Part shown: one piece after another, positions 42,407 through 52,215 of the stretch
How the letters are laid out: the number at the start of each line of letters is the position of its first letter
Position numbering within the stretch: position 1 is the first letter of the stretch
Virus record (IMG/VR): IMGVR_UViG_3300021962_000021
Coordinates: 1 to 64,000 of that record
Strand: one strand, 5' to 3'
Length of the DNA: 64,000 nucleotides
The notes under the pieces: generated by a model
Told to the model about the DNA's origin: nothing
Databases searched by the model: none
What the model saw: the letters and a program-made list of their open reading frames with translations, nothing else
Program-made: the position numbers and the translations under genes

Positions 42407-42827
42407 AACTTTAGTAATAGTGAGTGGTTATTTTAATCCAATACATGAAGGACATTTGGAATATCTTAATCGTTCTAAAGCACTTGGGGATTTTCTATAT
42501 GTAATAGTTAATAATGATTTACAAAGAGAATTGAAAGGTTCAAAACCATTCTTAACAGAACAACAAAGAAGAATAATTGTAAAAAATATAAAAGCAGTTG
42601 ATGATGTAATTATATCAATTGATAAAAATAAATTTGTAGATAAAACAATAGAATTTATACATAGACACGAGTCTCACAAATATGATAGAATTTTATTTAC
42701 AAATGGTGGAGACCAAACAGCCGAAACAATTGGTGAAAAATCAATTTGTGAAAAACTAGGTATAGAAATGATTTTCGGTTTAGGAGATAAAATTCAATCA
42801 TCATCGTGGTTATTAAATAAACTATGA
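42393..42827 (+). CDS. cytidylyltransferase-family nucleotidyltransferase
   Basis: SGYFNPIHEGH (HxGH), NGGD, KIQSSS. Confidence 0.85.
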   Translation: MGKIKTLVIVSGYFNPIHEGHLEYLNRSKALGDFLYVIVNNDLQRELKGSKPFLTEQQRRIIVKNIKAVDDVIISIDKNKFVDKTIEFIHRHESHKYDRILFTNGGDQTAETIGEKSICEKLGIEMIFGLGDKIQSSSWLLNKL

Positions 42828-43132
42828 GTTATATTATAGGAAAAGAGTGTGTTGGTTGTATTGATATGGGATGTTTAAAGGTATGTCCTGTCGATTGTAT
42901 ACATGGCCCAATAAAAAATGATGATAATGGTTTAGGTGCAAAAAACTTATTAGAAGAAGAAAAGCAAGGGAAGCAATTGTATATAAATCCAAATGATTGT
43001 ATAAATTGTGGTGCCTGTATATCCGAATGTCCTGTAGATGCAATATATAGAACAGAAAAAGAAGCAATTGAATTGGGAGATATTGACTCCGTGCATAAAA
43101 ATTATGAATTCTTCGGACTTAAATTTAACTAA
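42824..43132 (+). CDS. 4Fe-4S dicluster ferredoxin
   Basis: CVGC..CLKVCPVDC and CINCGACISECPVDAI. Confidence 0.9.
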   Translation: MSYIIGKECVGCIDMGCLKVCPVDCIHGPIKNDDNGLGAKNLLEEEKQGKQLYINPNDCINCGACISECPVDAIYRTEKEAIELGDIDSVHKNYEFFGLKFN

Positions 43133-43183
43133 AAATTTTTTATATTTATATTTAACTAAAACGTTCACTAAAACAAAAAACAA

Positions 43184-43450
43184 ATGAGCACAGTAGCATT
43201 AGTAGTAATTGTATTGGCCGTTGCCGGTGGGGTTACTTACCTTTTAATGAAAAAAGGAAAAATTCAAGACGCAAACAACAACAACATTCCTGACGTGGTT
43301 GAAAAACCAATTGAGGAAGTAAAAGAGGTTGTTAAAAAAACAGCAGCAAAAGCTAAAAAAGTAGCAAAGGTTGTTGAAGAAGTTGCAAAAGAAGTAAAGG
43401 TTAAAAAGCCAGCAACTAAAAAAGCAGAAAGTAAGAAATCAGCAAAGTAA
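43184..43450 (+). CDS. membrane-anchored Lys/Ala-rich protein
   Basis: N-terminal TM, KKTAAKAKK tail; TATTTATA at 43143. Confidence 0.65.
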   Translation: MSTVALVVIVLAVAGGVTYLLMKKGKIQDANNNNIPDVVEKPIEEVKEVVKKTAAKAKKVAKVVEEVAKEVKVKKPATKKAESKKSAK

Positions 43451-43479
43451 GTAAAGTAAAATCGGAGAAATAACCAATT

Positions 43480-43614
43480 ATGGCAAAAGCAAAAGGCGGA
43501 AACTCTTCTCAAAAAACAACATTTGGCAAGAGAAAAACTGGTCCAGGTTCTGGTACAAAGAGTTATAACAAACATACTCCAAAACCAAAACAATATAGAG
43601 GACAGGGTAGATAA
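43480..43614 (+). CDS. small basic protein ending YRGQGR
   Basis: 44 aa ORF read by hand, MAKAKGG...KQYRGQGR; below the ORF-track cutoff. Confidence 0.65.
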   Translation: MAKAKGGNSSQKTTFGKRKTGPGSGTKSYNKHTPKPKQYRGQGR

Positions 43615-43615
43615 T

Positions 43616-44620
43616 ATGATAAAGTTAAGAGACCTTTTAAAGGAAGAGGTTGTTGTAAAAAACAAAAAAACAGGTAATGTTTATGTGGTTAAGAATTTTG
43701 ACCCATCTAAACATGACAAACCTACTCCTGCCGAAGTTGATAAAGCCAAAGCAGCAAATGGTGGAAAACTTCCAAAAGGTGAACAACCATCTCAAAAACC
43801 TACCCCACAACAACCACAAGGGCAACCACAAAAAGGGCAAAAGGTAGCAGCATCGGATTTCAAAACAGCAGCTGAAAAACCTACGAATGGAAAAACCGAT
43901 ATTCCAATGTTAAAGGATTTAATGCCAAACGCAGACTTTAACAGAAAACCATTATCAGCCGTTGCACCTATTGAAAGACAACAAATTTCCACTATTATAG
44001 ATAAACTTGCCGATTTAGGTAAGCAAGCAAAAGAGAAAGGTGAAAAAGCACCTAACTTTAATTTGTGTCAAGTAACTGTTCCAGGTACTAACCTATATTG
44101 TGATGGAAACAAAGGAATTCCAAGAGAGGATATGCCACAATTCAAAGGAACACCTGAACCAGGATCACCTGCGGATAAACTACCAAAGGATGAAAATGGT
44201 GAAGCAGATACCGAAGAATTTTTTAAAGAAATGTTGAATAAACAAGGTATCAAAGTTTCAGAACCAGCAGCAGTTCCACCAGACCGTTTAAAAGCAACAC
44301 AAAGTGAGCTTGTCGGCGTTAAGGTAGCAGGAATGAGTAAAGTATTAGCAGACCCTAATCATCCTGCATATGAAAAAATTACAGCACCTATATATGTTTC
44401 CAATGATGGATATGTATTAGATGGTCACCACAGATGGGCGGCAGTTGTAGCACATAATGCAGCAAACCCAGATAATCAAATCCCAATGAATGTTAGAGTA
44501 ATTGATGAACCAATTGAACCATTGGTAAAACGCTCAAATGCATTCGCAGAAGCAATCGGTATTAGAGCTAAAAAAGCAGATACTGGAGCAGGTGGAGGAC
44601 CACAACCGATTACTAAATAG
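43616..44620 (+). CDS. ParB/Srx-like domain protein, probable virion-internal
   Basis: LKATQSEL, PIYVSNDGYVLDGHHRWAA; probable start MIKLRDLLKE at 43616. Confidence 0.7.
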   Translation: MIKLRDLLKEEVVVKNKKTGNVYVVKNFDPSKHDKPTPAEVDKAKAANGGKLPKGEQPSQKPTPQQPQGQPQKGQKVAASDFKTAAEKPTNGKTDIPMLKDLMPNADFNRKPLSAVAPIERQQISTIIDKLADLGKQAKEKGEKAPNFNLCQVTVPGTNLYCDGNKGIPREDMPQFKGTPEPGSPADKLPKDENGEADTEEFFKEMLNKQGIKVSEPAAVPPDRLKATQSELVGVKVAGMSKVLADPNHPAYEKITAPIYVSNDGYVLDGHHRWAAVVAHNAANPDNQIPMNVRVIDEPIEPLVKRSNAFAEAIGIRAKKADTGAGGGPQPITK

Positions 44621-44648
44621 TTTTATATTTATAAGAAACTATATAATC

Positions 44649-45482
44649 ATGCTACTTAAAAAAGGAGATAACAACGAGAACGTAAAATTAATGCAAGAGA
44701 AGTTAGGAATTTCTCCTGCAGTAACTAACTTTGGTCCAAAAACCGAAGCAGCAGTAAAAGAATTTCAAGCAAAGCACGGATTAACTGCCGATGGTATTGT
44801 TGGTGATAAAACGTGGGCGATGATTATGGGAGAGAATACTCCACCACCGCCACCACCTGCACCGATTGTACCTGTTGGTGGTTTGAAATTGGATGCATTA
44901 AAAGGACATGTTCCTGATGCAGTTATCCAAATGATTCCCGATACAGCGGCCAAATTCCAAATCAACACTCCATTAAGATTAGCACACTTCTTAGCACAAT
45001 GTGGACATGAAAGTGGTGGATTTAGAGTAACACAAGAGAATTTAAACTATTCAGCAAAAGGTTTGAATGGTATATTTAAGAAATATTTCCCAACTGAAGC
45101 TGCAGCAGCATCCTACGCTAGACAACCACAAAAGATTGCAAACAAAGTATATGCAAATCGTATGAGTAATGGTGATGAGGCTAGTGGGGATGGCTTTAAG
45201 TTTCGTGGTAGAGGATATATCCAATTAACAGGTAGAGCAAACTATACTGAATTTGGTAAAGCAATCGGAGAAGATATTGCAAATAACCCTGATATAGTTA
45301 GTGGAAAGCACGCATTATTATCGGCAGCATGGTTCTGGTCTAAAAATGGATTGAACAAAATGGCTGATGGTGGTGCAAGTGATGTAGTAGTAACATCTAT
45401 TACTAAGAGAGTAAATGGTGGAACTATTGGATTAGCAGACCGTATCAAACACTTTAAAGAATACTATCATTTATTAGCATAA
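44649..45482 (+). CDS. endolysin: peptidoglycan-binding domain plus GH19 domain
   Basis: FGPKTEAAVKEFQ..LTADGIVG; LAHFLAQCGHES, FRGRGYIQLTG, VNGGTIGL; probable start 44649. Confidence 0.92.
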   Translation: MLLKKGDNNENVKLMQEKLGISPAVTNFGPKTEAAVKEFQAKHGLTADGIVGDKTWAMIMGENTPPPPPPAPIVPVGGLKLDALKGHVPDAVIQMIPDTAAKFQINTPLRLAHFLAQCGHESGGFRVTQENLNYSAKGLNGIFKKYFPTEAAAASYARQPQKIANKVYANRMSNGDEASGDGFKFRGRGYIQLTGRANYTEFGKAIGEDIANNPDIVSGKHALLSAAWFWSKNGLNKMADGGASDVVVTSITKRVNGGTIGLADRIKHFKEYYHLLA

Positions 45483-45485
45483 AAG

Positions 45486-45511
45486 AAAGGGAGTTAAATA
45501 CTCCCTTTTTT
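45486..45511 (+). terminator. intrinsic terminator (possibly bidirectional)
   Basis: AAAGGGAGT / ACTCCCTTT stem plus T run. Confidence 0.85.
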
Positions 45512-45548
45512 ATTTGGTTTATTCAAAAAATATTCTTATATTAGATTT

Positions 45549-45725
45549 ATGGAAAAATTTAAAATATTATTAAACATTTTATTAGTTACTTGTATTGTTG
45601 GATTGGCGATATCATATGTAACACAATTAATAAACTTACCATTTAAACTGAATTTTTTAGAAGCAGTTGGGGTTTATTGTTTGTGGACACCTATACACCA
45701 TACTTTTACTAGAAAAGAAAACTAA
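45549..45725 (+). CDS. small two-TM membrane protein
   Basis: 58 aa hand-read ORF MEKFKILLNILLVTCIVGLAIS...; promoter TTTG 45513, TATATTAG 45537. Confidence 0.55.
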   Translation: MEKFKILLNILLVTCIVGLAISYVTQLINLPFKLNFLEAVGVYCLWTPIHHTFTRKEN

Positions 45726-45780
45726 CTTTAATCATAGGTTTTGGTTATAATCTTATATTTATGTAAGAGAATAACCATTT

Positions 45781-46434
45781 ATGAGACAAAAAGTAACAGC
45801 ACTGGCATTAGGCCTTAAGGAAAGAGCTATATATTTTATACTAGCTCCATTTTTAGCATTCATTGGACTTGCGTTTTTATTCCAAGTCTTTTTTGTAATC
45901 CTTCAATTTAGTGGAAATGAAAATCTTGCAACAGATATTGCAAATGAAATTTCATGGAGAATTGATGGAACATTTAAAAATTCACCAGAAAACATTTGGT
46001 ATAACGCAGATGAACACATTTGGGTTGAAAGTGTAGAAAACAAAGTAAAGATTGGTAAATTGGCGGGAAACCGTAATTTGGAATTTGGTGTTAAGAATGT
46101 ATTAGAAGAATATTTACAGGATAAAAATTATAATTTATCTCCTGATGCTACGCAAAAACTTAAAGTAGAAATTGTATATTTAGATGTCTTAACTACAAAG
46201 ACAAACATTTCAGTATTTCATAAAGGGGAAGAAGAAGTTGTTATCAGAATGAAGGGTATCCTTTATAAAGATGGCAAAAAAGAAAAAGAGGTAATGGTTG
46301 AAGAATCATCATCAGAAATTTCCATGTCTACACTTATTGTTGACCAGGGTGGTAAATTCAATCAAACTTCGTTATCAAACGCACTTAAAAAAGCAGCAGA
46401 TAAACTAATAACAAAACTTTTTGAAAAAAAATAA
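45781..46434 (+). CDS. membrane-anchored envelope protein (CsgG/LptE-like alpha/beta fold candidate)
   Basis: N-terminal TM; C-terminal SNALKKAADKLI helix pattern like 54044. Confidence 0.45.
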   Translation: MRQKVTALALGLKERAIYFILAPFLAFIGLAFLFQVFFVILQFSGNENLATDIANEISWRIDGTFKNSPENIWYNADEHIWVESVENKVKIGKLAGNRNLEFGVKNVLEEYLQDKNYNLSPDATQKLKVEIVYLDVLTTKTNISVFHKGEEEVVIRMKGILYKDGKKEKEVMVEESSSEISMSTLIVDQGGKFNQTSLSNALKKAADKLITKLFEKK

Positions 46435-46435
46435 T

Positions 46436-48103
46436 ATGAAAAAATTATTAAGTATTTTAGGGGTATTATTGATGGTATCCCTTTCGTCTTTTGGACAAAT
46501 CATAGTTAATCAATCAATTTCTACTGGACCTTATAAAGTTGGTGATACCATCACAGTAACTTATAATGTAGATAAAGGAACAACTAAACCACGTTATTTT
46601 TGGTTGAGATATCAATATAATAATAAGGCGTTGACTTACCTTTCTACCACATTTTCACAAGGTAATCAATCTCAAACATATTATACAAGTTGGAATAACT
46701 ATAAGTTTACTGCAGCTGCAAACATATCAGATACTTCATTATATGCACAATATAGTGCAACTCCTTGGGGATATGCAGTAAATGCAGATTGGAATGTTGG
46801 CCAATTGGCAATTCAAAGAGCAGACCAAAGTGTGAATGGTGTAATAGCAACCCAAAAATATATTCTTAAAGACCAAAATGTTTATGAAAATTTTCACAAA
46901 TTAGATTTATCATACGCATTAGATAGTGCAACGGGTAATAACATTCCGTTTGTAAAAACAACATCTGGACCATTATCCATTACAGGGGTTACGGGTAATA
47001 CTTCTTTCTTTAAGGTGAGAGTTTTATTTCCAAATGGATATACAATTACAGACCACAATGTTCAATTAATGAGATTGAAAAATGATGGAACCGGTGATAT
47101 TGATTGGTCACAACAACCGATTGCACAAAGAGCATTGGATGCAAGTGGCGAAGCTCTATTCACTTCGGGTATTAAAGTTGGTGATTCGTTGGGTGTATTT
47201 GTATCACCCGCTTCACAAAAGACTTGGATGAATAATGTAATAACCGTATCGGATGCATATAAATCATTTTTGGGTGTTTCTCAAACTGATTTAAGTGGTG
47301 TTCCTACATTTTTCACTCGTCCAAATTTTGAAAAGAAAATAGGTAATATTACAAAAAATGATATGACATTTACCGAAGCAGATGCATACTATTCATTTGC
47401 ATATGTGATGGGGCAAGACGTATCGGCAAATGCATTTGTTCCAACATCAACAGCAACTTCGTGGAGATGGCATAGTGGTTTGTTAAACCAGAGTTGGTTA
47501 GATGGAACTTCTAAATATAGAGTATATGTAACACAACCTGCACAGACTGTAAATGCTGTATTTGCATGGGGTGGTGATTTAGATTGGTCACATTCATCTC
47601 ATCCTGATACGGTAGCAGCTAGAATAGCAAGTGGTATTTACACAAATGCAGCTAATCCTGGATCATCTGATGTTGCTACTATTAAAACTATGGCAATGAC
47701 TTCATATTCTACTAATGTTTATGAAAATAAAACAGCGGAGACTGCAAAATTATCTATCGTTTCTAAATTAGAGGGTGGTAAGGTTGTATTAACCGGTGCA
47801 TTGACAAAAGAAGGATTGGCGGGTTTACAGGTTGTAATGAATTATGATTCTACGAAATTAGAATTAGAAAATGTAATATTTGATGCGGGTTCAACAATTA
47901 CCAACTTCTCAACAAAAGAAAATGGTAGATTGACATTTGGTTCAATTGACCAATTAAAAACGGCTAGAATCAAAACGGGTATACCATATAAATTAGTATT
48001 TGCACCAAAGGGAGAATTAACAAATACGGCTGGTTTATTCTTCTTTGTATTGGCAGATGCAGTAGATGGTGCCGGTAAAAAAGTTGAATTAACCATAGAA
48101 TAA
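46436..48103 (+). CDS. exported cohesin/dockerin-like protein
   Basis: signal peptide SFG|Q; ITVSDAY/ADAY dockerin-like repeats; C-terminal GLQVVMNYDSTKLEL cohesin-like. Confidence 0.55.
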   Translation: MKKLLSILGVLLMVSLSSFGQIIVNQSISTGPYKVGDTITVTYNVDKGTTKPRYFWLRYQYNNKALTYLSTTFSQGNQSQTYYTSWNNYKFTAAANISDTSLYAQYSATPWGYAVNADWNVGQLAIQRADQSVNGVIATQKYILKDQNVYENFHKLDLSYALDSATGNNIPFVKTTSGPLSITGVTGNTSFFKVRVLFPNGYTITDHNVQLMRLKNDGTGDIDWSQQPIAQRALDASGEALFTSGIKVGDSLGVFVSPASQKTWMNNVITVSDAYKSFLGVSQTDLSGVPTFFTRPNFEKKIGNITKNDMTFTEADAYYSFAYVMGQDVSANAFVPTSTATSWRWHSGLLNQSWLDGTSKYRVYVTQPAQTVNAVFAWGGDLDWSHSSHPDTVAARIASGIYTNAANPGSSDVATIKTMAMTSYSTNVYENKTAETAKLSIVSKLEGGKVVLTGALTKEGLAGLQVVMNYDSTKLELENVIFDAGSTITNFSTKENGRLTFGSIDQLKTARIKTGIPYKLVFAPKGELTNTAGLFFFVLADAVDGAGKKVELTIE

Positions 48104-48104
48104 T

Positions 48105-50396
48105 ATGAAAAGATTATTAGTTACTTTATTACTTTTATTAACATCATTTTTAGGGTTCGGACAGAGTGTATCTGCTCCGGACTCTAAATCATTTTTACCA
48201 TCTACAGCAGGACAGGATGCTAGTGGATTTAGTTTGAGTGGTTTTAGTTCAACAGCAACCCTTTTAGCATCAATCAGTTTAGTAAACCCACCATCGGGTA
48301 CAACCTTTTATCTCAATACAACAGCAGGTTTAACCGCAGCAAGTGGATTCACTTTAGCAGGTAATAAGACTCGTTTAGTGGTAACGGGTACAATGGCTAA
48401 TATCAATACGGCATTAGCATCTCTTAAAGTAAATACTGGTTCGGTAAGAGGTAATGTTGCATTATCCGTAGCAGCAACTGTAAATCCAACCGGATACTAT
48501 TACAATGGTGTAAACGGACATTTTTATAGACCAATATCAACAACTGCAACTTATATAAATGCTAGAACATTAGCATCACAACAAACATTCAAAGGACAAC
48601 AAGGATATTTAGTAACAATAACTTCAGCCGATGAAGATGCTTTCATTTTTAATAATGTACCACAAGGTAATATTTGGTTTGCATTAACAGATGAAGTAAG
48701 TGAAGCAAGATGGACAATTGATGCGGGACCTGAAGCAGGAACTTTAATTAAAATCAATAATGGACAATTAAATGGAAACATACCAGGTCAATACAACAAC
48801 TGGGCACCCGGTGAACCAAACAATAGTGGTAATGAAGATTATGCAGTAACTAAATGGGGTGGTGGTTCTCAATGGAATGATTTACCAAACCATTTTTCAA
48901 ATCCTTATGTAATTGAATTTGGAACTTGGACTAACCCTGATAATGCAACATTTACAGAGTTTTACACCAATTCAGTAACACATACAAACGGAGAAGTTCT
49001 AACCGCAAGATTCAATATTGATTTTGGTAATAATGTAGATGAAACTAAATTTTCAGCAAAAGCAAACACTTTTGTAAATAATGTGTGGGGTGTAACAACA
49101 AACACATCGAGAGTATTAAGTGGGTTGGGTAAAGCAGATTTAACAAATGATTTAGATACGATAAAAGTAAATGGTAATGGTGTTAGAGCAACAACAACGG
49201 GAGGACAAGTAGAATGGTGTGTAGTATATGATTATGAACCATCAAATCAAAGATACCAAATTTTAATAGATAAAAGAGAATTTCCACAAGGCATTTCAGC
49301 AAGTGGTGTTACAACTTTACAATTATTTGATTTGTGGAATGGACCCGTGACGTATCAATGGGATGATGGAACATGGGCTGCTTATTGGATTTATACACCA
49401 ACAGAATTTAATTTTGCAGGTTCATCATTTACATCTAATATAAGACGAGCTGGATTTTTTTGGGGATTAAGTGCAGAATTTACATTTACGCCCATTCAAA
49501 TATACAAACAACATGGAGTAGATTTATCATACATCAACCAAACTGATTTAAATACTTTGTATAATAGTATTGTGACCGTATCAGATGTGTATTTAGCATT
49601 TAAGGAATTGGCTAATGGTGGGATATTTGGAAACGAAACAGGTAATGAATTTGGATATGGTATACAATTTATGAATGCTGATGTAGATGGTAATGGTGTA
49701 TTTAATGAAGCAGATACTTACAAATTATTACAACATTTAACAGGTATACAATCAATAAACGAATATCAAACATTAACATATTTGATGAAGTTATATGGTA
49801 AATCGGAATATGATGGGATTACAAAATCAAATTGGAATACACAATTTAACTCAACGAGGAGTTTATATCCATTCAGTTTAAATACCGGAACACTTAACAA
49901 CACATATAATGTTAGTGTAAGTTGGAAAGGTGATGTAAATCTTTCACATTCGGCAATACCTGTAGTTAATACCACACCTAATTCAATTACAGGTATGAGT
50001 ATTAGAACAATGAGTATTCCTACATCAAATCAAATAAACGCATCAATTATAACCGAAATGGTTGGTGATAGTGTTTATGCATATATCACAATAGACCCAT
50101 TACAACAAGAATTAGTAGGAACACAATTTCAAATAAATTACGATAATACTTTATTGAAATTTGGAAATGTATCCTATAAAACAAAAGGTTCACCAACTAA
50201 CTATGGAACCGATAAATCAACATATGTAAATTTGGGTTCTTTAATTACGGATGGTGGAACTTTGGATAATACTACGGAATATAAAGTATCATTCACAACA
50301 AAATCAAAATTGAATAATGTATTAGGATTAATTTCAATTGGATTTATGGATGCGGTAAATAAAGCAGGAACAACATTAAAAATTAGAATGCAATAA
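48105..50396 (+). CDS. exported C-type lectin / dockerin / cohesin-like protein
   Basis: signal GFG|Q; GHFY..GYLVTITS..NNWAPGEPNNSGNEDY..WNDL (C-type lectin, EPN motif); ADVDGNGVFNEADTY (dockerin/EF-hand); GTQFQINYDNTLL (cohesin-like). Confidence 0.72.
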   Translation: MKRLLVTLLLLLTSFLGFGQSVSAPDSKSFLPSTAGQDASGFSLSGFSSTATLLASISLVNPPSGTTFYLNTTAGLTAASGFTLAGNKTRLVVTGTMANINTALASLKVNTGSVRGNVALSVAATVNPTGYYYNGVNGHFYRPISTTATYINARTLASQQTFKGQQGYLVTITSADEDAFIFNNVPQGNIWFALTDEVSEARWTIDAGPEAGTLIKINNGQLNGNIPGQYNNWAPGEPNNSGNEDYAVTKWGGGSQWNDLPNHFSNPYVIEFGTWTNPDNATFTEFYTNSVTHTNGEVLTARFNIDFGNNVDETKFSAKANTFVNNVWGVTTNTSRVLSGLGKADLTNDLDTIKVNGNGVRATTTGGQVEWCVVYDYEPSNQRYQILIDKREFPQGISASGVTTLQLFDLWNGPVTYQWDDGTWAAYWIYTPTEFNFAGSSFTSNIRRAGFFWGLSAEFTFTPIQIYKQHGVDLSYINQTDLNTLYNSIVTVSDVYLAFKELANGGIFGNETGNEFGYGIQFMNADVDGNGVFNEADTYKLLQHLTGIQSINEYQTLTYLMKLYGKSEYDGITKSNWNTQFNSTRSLYPFSLNTGTLNNTYNVSVSWKGDVNLSHSAIPVVNTTPNSITGMSIRTMSIPTSNQINASIITEMVGDSVYAYITIDPLQQELVGTQFQINYDNTLLKFGNVSYKTKGSPTNYGTDKSTYVNLGSLITDGGTLDNTTEYKVSFTTKSKLNNVLGLISIGFMDAVNKAGTTLKIRMQ

Positions 50397-50740
50397 TGAA
50401 GAAGATATTATTTATATTATTTTTATCGTTGGTAGCTTGTAAAAAGGTAGAAGTTATACCACAACCAGAACCAACACCTATTGATATTTTTTCAGTAAAT
50501 GAAGTAACTCTTACAAACGGACAAGATTTTAATTTTACTTTAAAAAGTGGTGGAGTTCATATAATTACATTATTTGATTCAACCACCCAACAGGTTGTAA
50601 CTAAAGAAAAAATTAACGGAATTGTAGGTAATAACACAAAAAAAATATATACTAAATCATTATCACAAAAAAGTTTATATTTATACATAGTTAATGAGAA
50701 TAACCAAGAAATAGGCAGAACTTTAATTAAAATCCAGTAA
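50396..50740 (+). CDS. lipoprotein
   Basis: lipobox LVAC; small beta-rich domain. Confidence 0.7.
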   Translation: MKKILFILFLSLVACKKVEVIPQPEPTPIDIFSVNEVTLTNGQDFNFTLKSGGVHIITLFDSTTQQVVTKEKINGIVGNNTKKIYTKSLSQKSLYLYIVNENNQEIGRTLIKIQ

Positions 50741-50742
50741 CA

Positions 50743-51108
50743 ATGAAAAAACTTTTATTTGTATTATTTACAATTGTAATGGTTGGTTGTACAAAAACAC
50801 CAATAGCACCATTGCCACCACAAGTTGACAATTCTTTAAAAATTGAAAAAGTTGCAGGTATCAAATTGCAATCACCATTTGTGACTTCAGAAGTTGCAAT
50901 GAATGTGAAAGTAGAAACCTCACAAACTGTTACTGTAAAAATCATTGATATTGCAAACAGAGTAGTATCAAAAGAAGAAATGTATTTAAATTCCGGAGAT
51001 AACATCTTAAAAGTATATACCACCGCTTTACCAGCATCGGCATATAGAATAGGATTATATGATAAAAACGGAAATTTATTAGGAATCACAGATTTTAACA
51101 AACTATAA
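50743..51108 (+). CDS. lipoprotein with T9SS C-terminal-sorting-domain-like Ig fold
   Basis: lipobox MVGC; VKIIDIANRVV..GDN...TALPASAYRI resembles type A CTD. Confidence 0.55.
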   Translation: MKKLLFVLFTIVMVGCTKTPIAPLPPQVDNSLKIEKVAGIKLQSPFVTSEVAMNVKVETSQTVTVKIIDIANRVVSKEEMYLNSGDNILKVYTTALPASAYRIGLYDKNGNLLGITDFNKL

Positions 51109-51120
51109 AAACAAAAATTT

Positions 51121-51426
51121 ATGTCAGAAGAACAAAAAGAATCAGGTGGAACTTCATTGAAAAACATTATTTTGGGATTGGTATCGACTATAACTTTAGG
51201 TGTTGGTGGTTGGTTCACAACTAAATTAACAGGTGGAGATGAAAAAGAAGCAGCTCCAGTTCAACAAGCAGCTCCTGTAATTAACATCCAAAACACCAAT
51301 CAACAATCTCAAGCGGCAGGTGGTGGAAAAACTGTAATCGTTAAAGAAAAAACAGTAGAAAAACCGGCAGCTCCAGTTAAGAAGAAAGAAGGTGATGAGT
51401 TCAAAGAGAAACCGGCAGAATGGTAA
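51121..51426 (+). CDS. single-TM protein
   Basis: IILGLVSTITLGVGGWF TM then Q/K-rich tail. Confidence 0.65.
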   Translation: MSEEQKESGGTSLKNIILGLVSTITLGVGGWFTTKLTGGDEKEAAPVQQAAPVINIQNTNQQSQAAGGGKTVIVKEKTVEKPAAPVKKKEGDEFKEKPAEW

Positions 51427-51518
51427 TATGGTATCAAATAGGGACAGTTCTATTTTTTATAGTAGGACTTTCGTTATTAATTAATTGGTCATTTAAAATA
51501 AAGAAAAAAGATGAGTAA
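51420..51518 (+). CDS. 32 aa single-TM peptide
   Basis: hand-read MVIWYQIGTVLFFIVGLSLLINWSFKIKKKDE, overlapping both neighbours. Confidence 0.45.
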   Translation: MVIWYQIGTVLFFIVGLSLLINWSFKIKKKDE

Positions 51519-52176
51519 TCAACAACCGCCAAGCGGATTTAGGGATTTATTAAACGCAATGATGAAACGTAGATGGTATATTACTGCGTTGGTATTGGGT
51601 GGATTTATGTTTATAATGGCCGGAATGTTCGCCGCTATCGGTATAGGAACAAAAATGGCAGCAGAGTGGAAGGAACTTCTATTATTGTTATTAGGTGCGT
51701 TTATTGGTAGCTATGGTAAAATCATAGATTACTGGTTTAGTGATACCGATAAGGATAAGATGTTAGTTCAGAAAATGGATGAAGAAGATGGTGTTTCGAT
51801 GTCGCATACAAACGATATGAAAGAAACTAATAAACCAGTAACTCCAATCATTCCAGATGCATTTGTAGCAGGAGCAGCTGCAGCAAGAGAATTAGCAGTA
51901 GTAGAAAACAAACAAAATTTTGAATTGGCTAAAATCGAAGCAAGTCAACCAAAACCGGTAGAAACTCCAAAATCACAACCAAGAACAGGTGTTGAAGTTG
52001 ATGAAGATGGTGATGGTGTAATGGATGGTATTGATTTTGATGGTGATGGTAAGATTGATATGTATTTCGCACATAGACAATGTGAACACATTTGGGGTGA
52101 TACTGACCATAATGGTGAAGAAGAATGTCAGAAATGTGGAAAGATAAAAGATGAAGATGCTGAAATGGCAGGATAA
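51511..52176 (+). CDS. two-TM protein with acidic EF-hand-like loops
   Basis: two TMs, DYWFS, DEDGDGVMDGIDFDGDG, C-terminal C..CG. Confidence 0.65.
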   Translation: MSNQQPPSGFRDLLNAMMKRRWYITALVLGGFMFIMAGMFAAIGIGTKMAAEWKELLLLLLGAFIGSYGKIIDYWFSDTDKDKMLVQKMDEEDGVSMSHTNDMKETNKPVTPIIPDAFVAGAAAARELAVVENKQNFELAKIEASQPKPVETPKSQPRTGVEVDEDGDGVMDGIDFDGDGKIDMYFAHRQCEHIWGDTDHNGEEECQKCGKIKDEDAEMAG

Positions 52177-52215
52177 AATGGGTTATTTAATTAATAACAA
52201 TTAAAAACAAAAACT

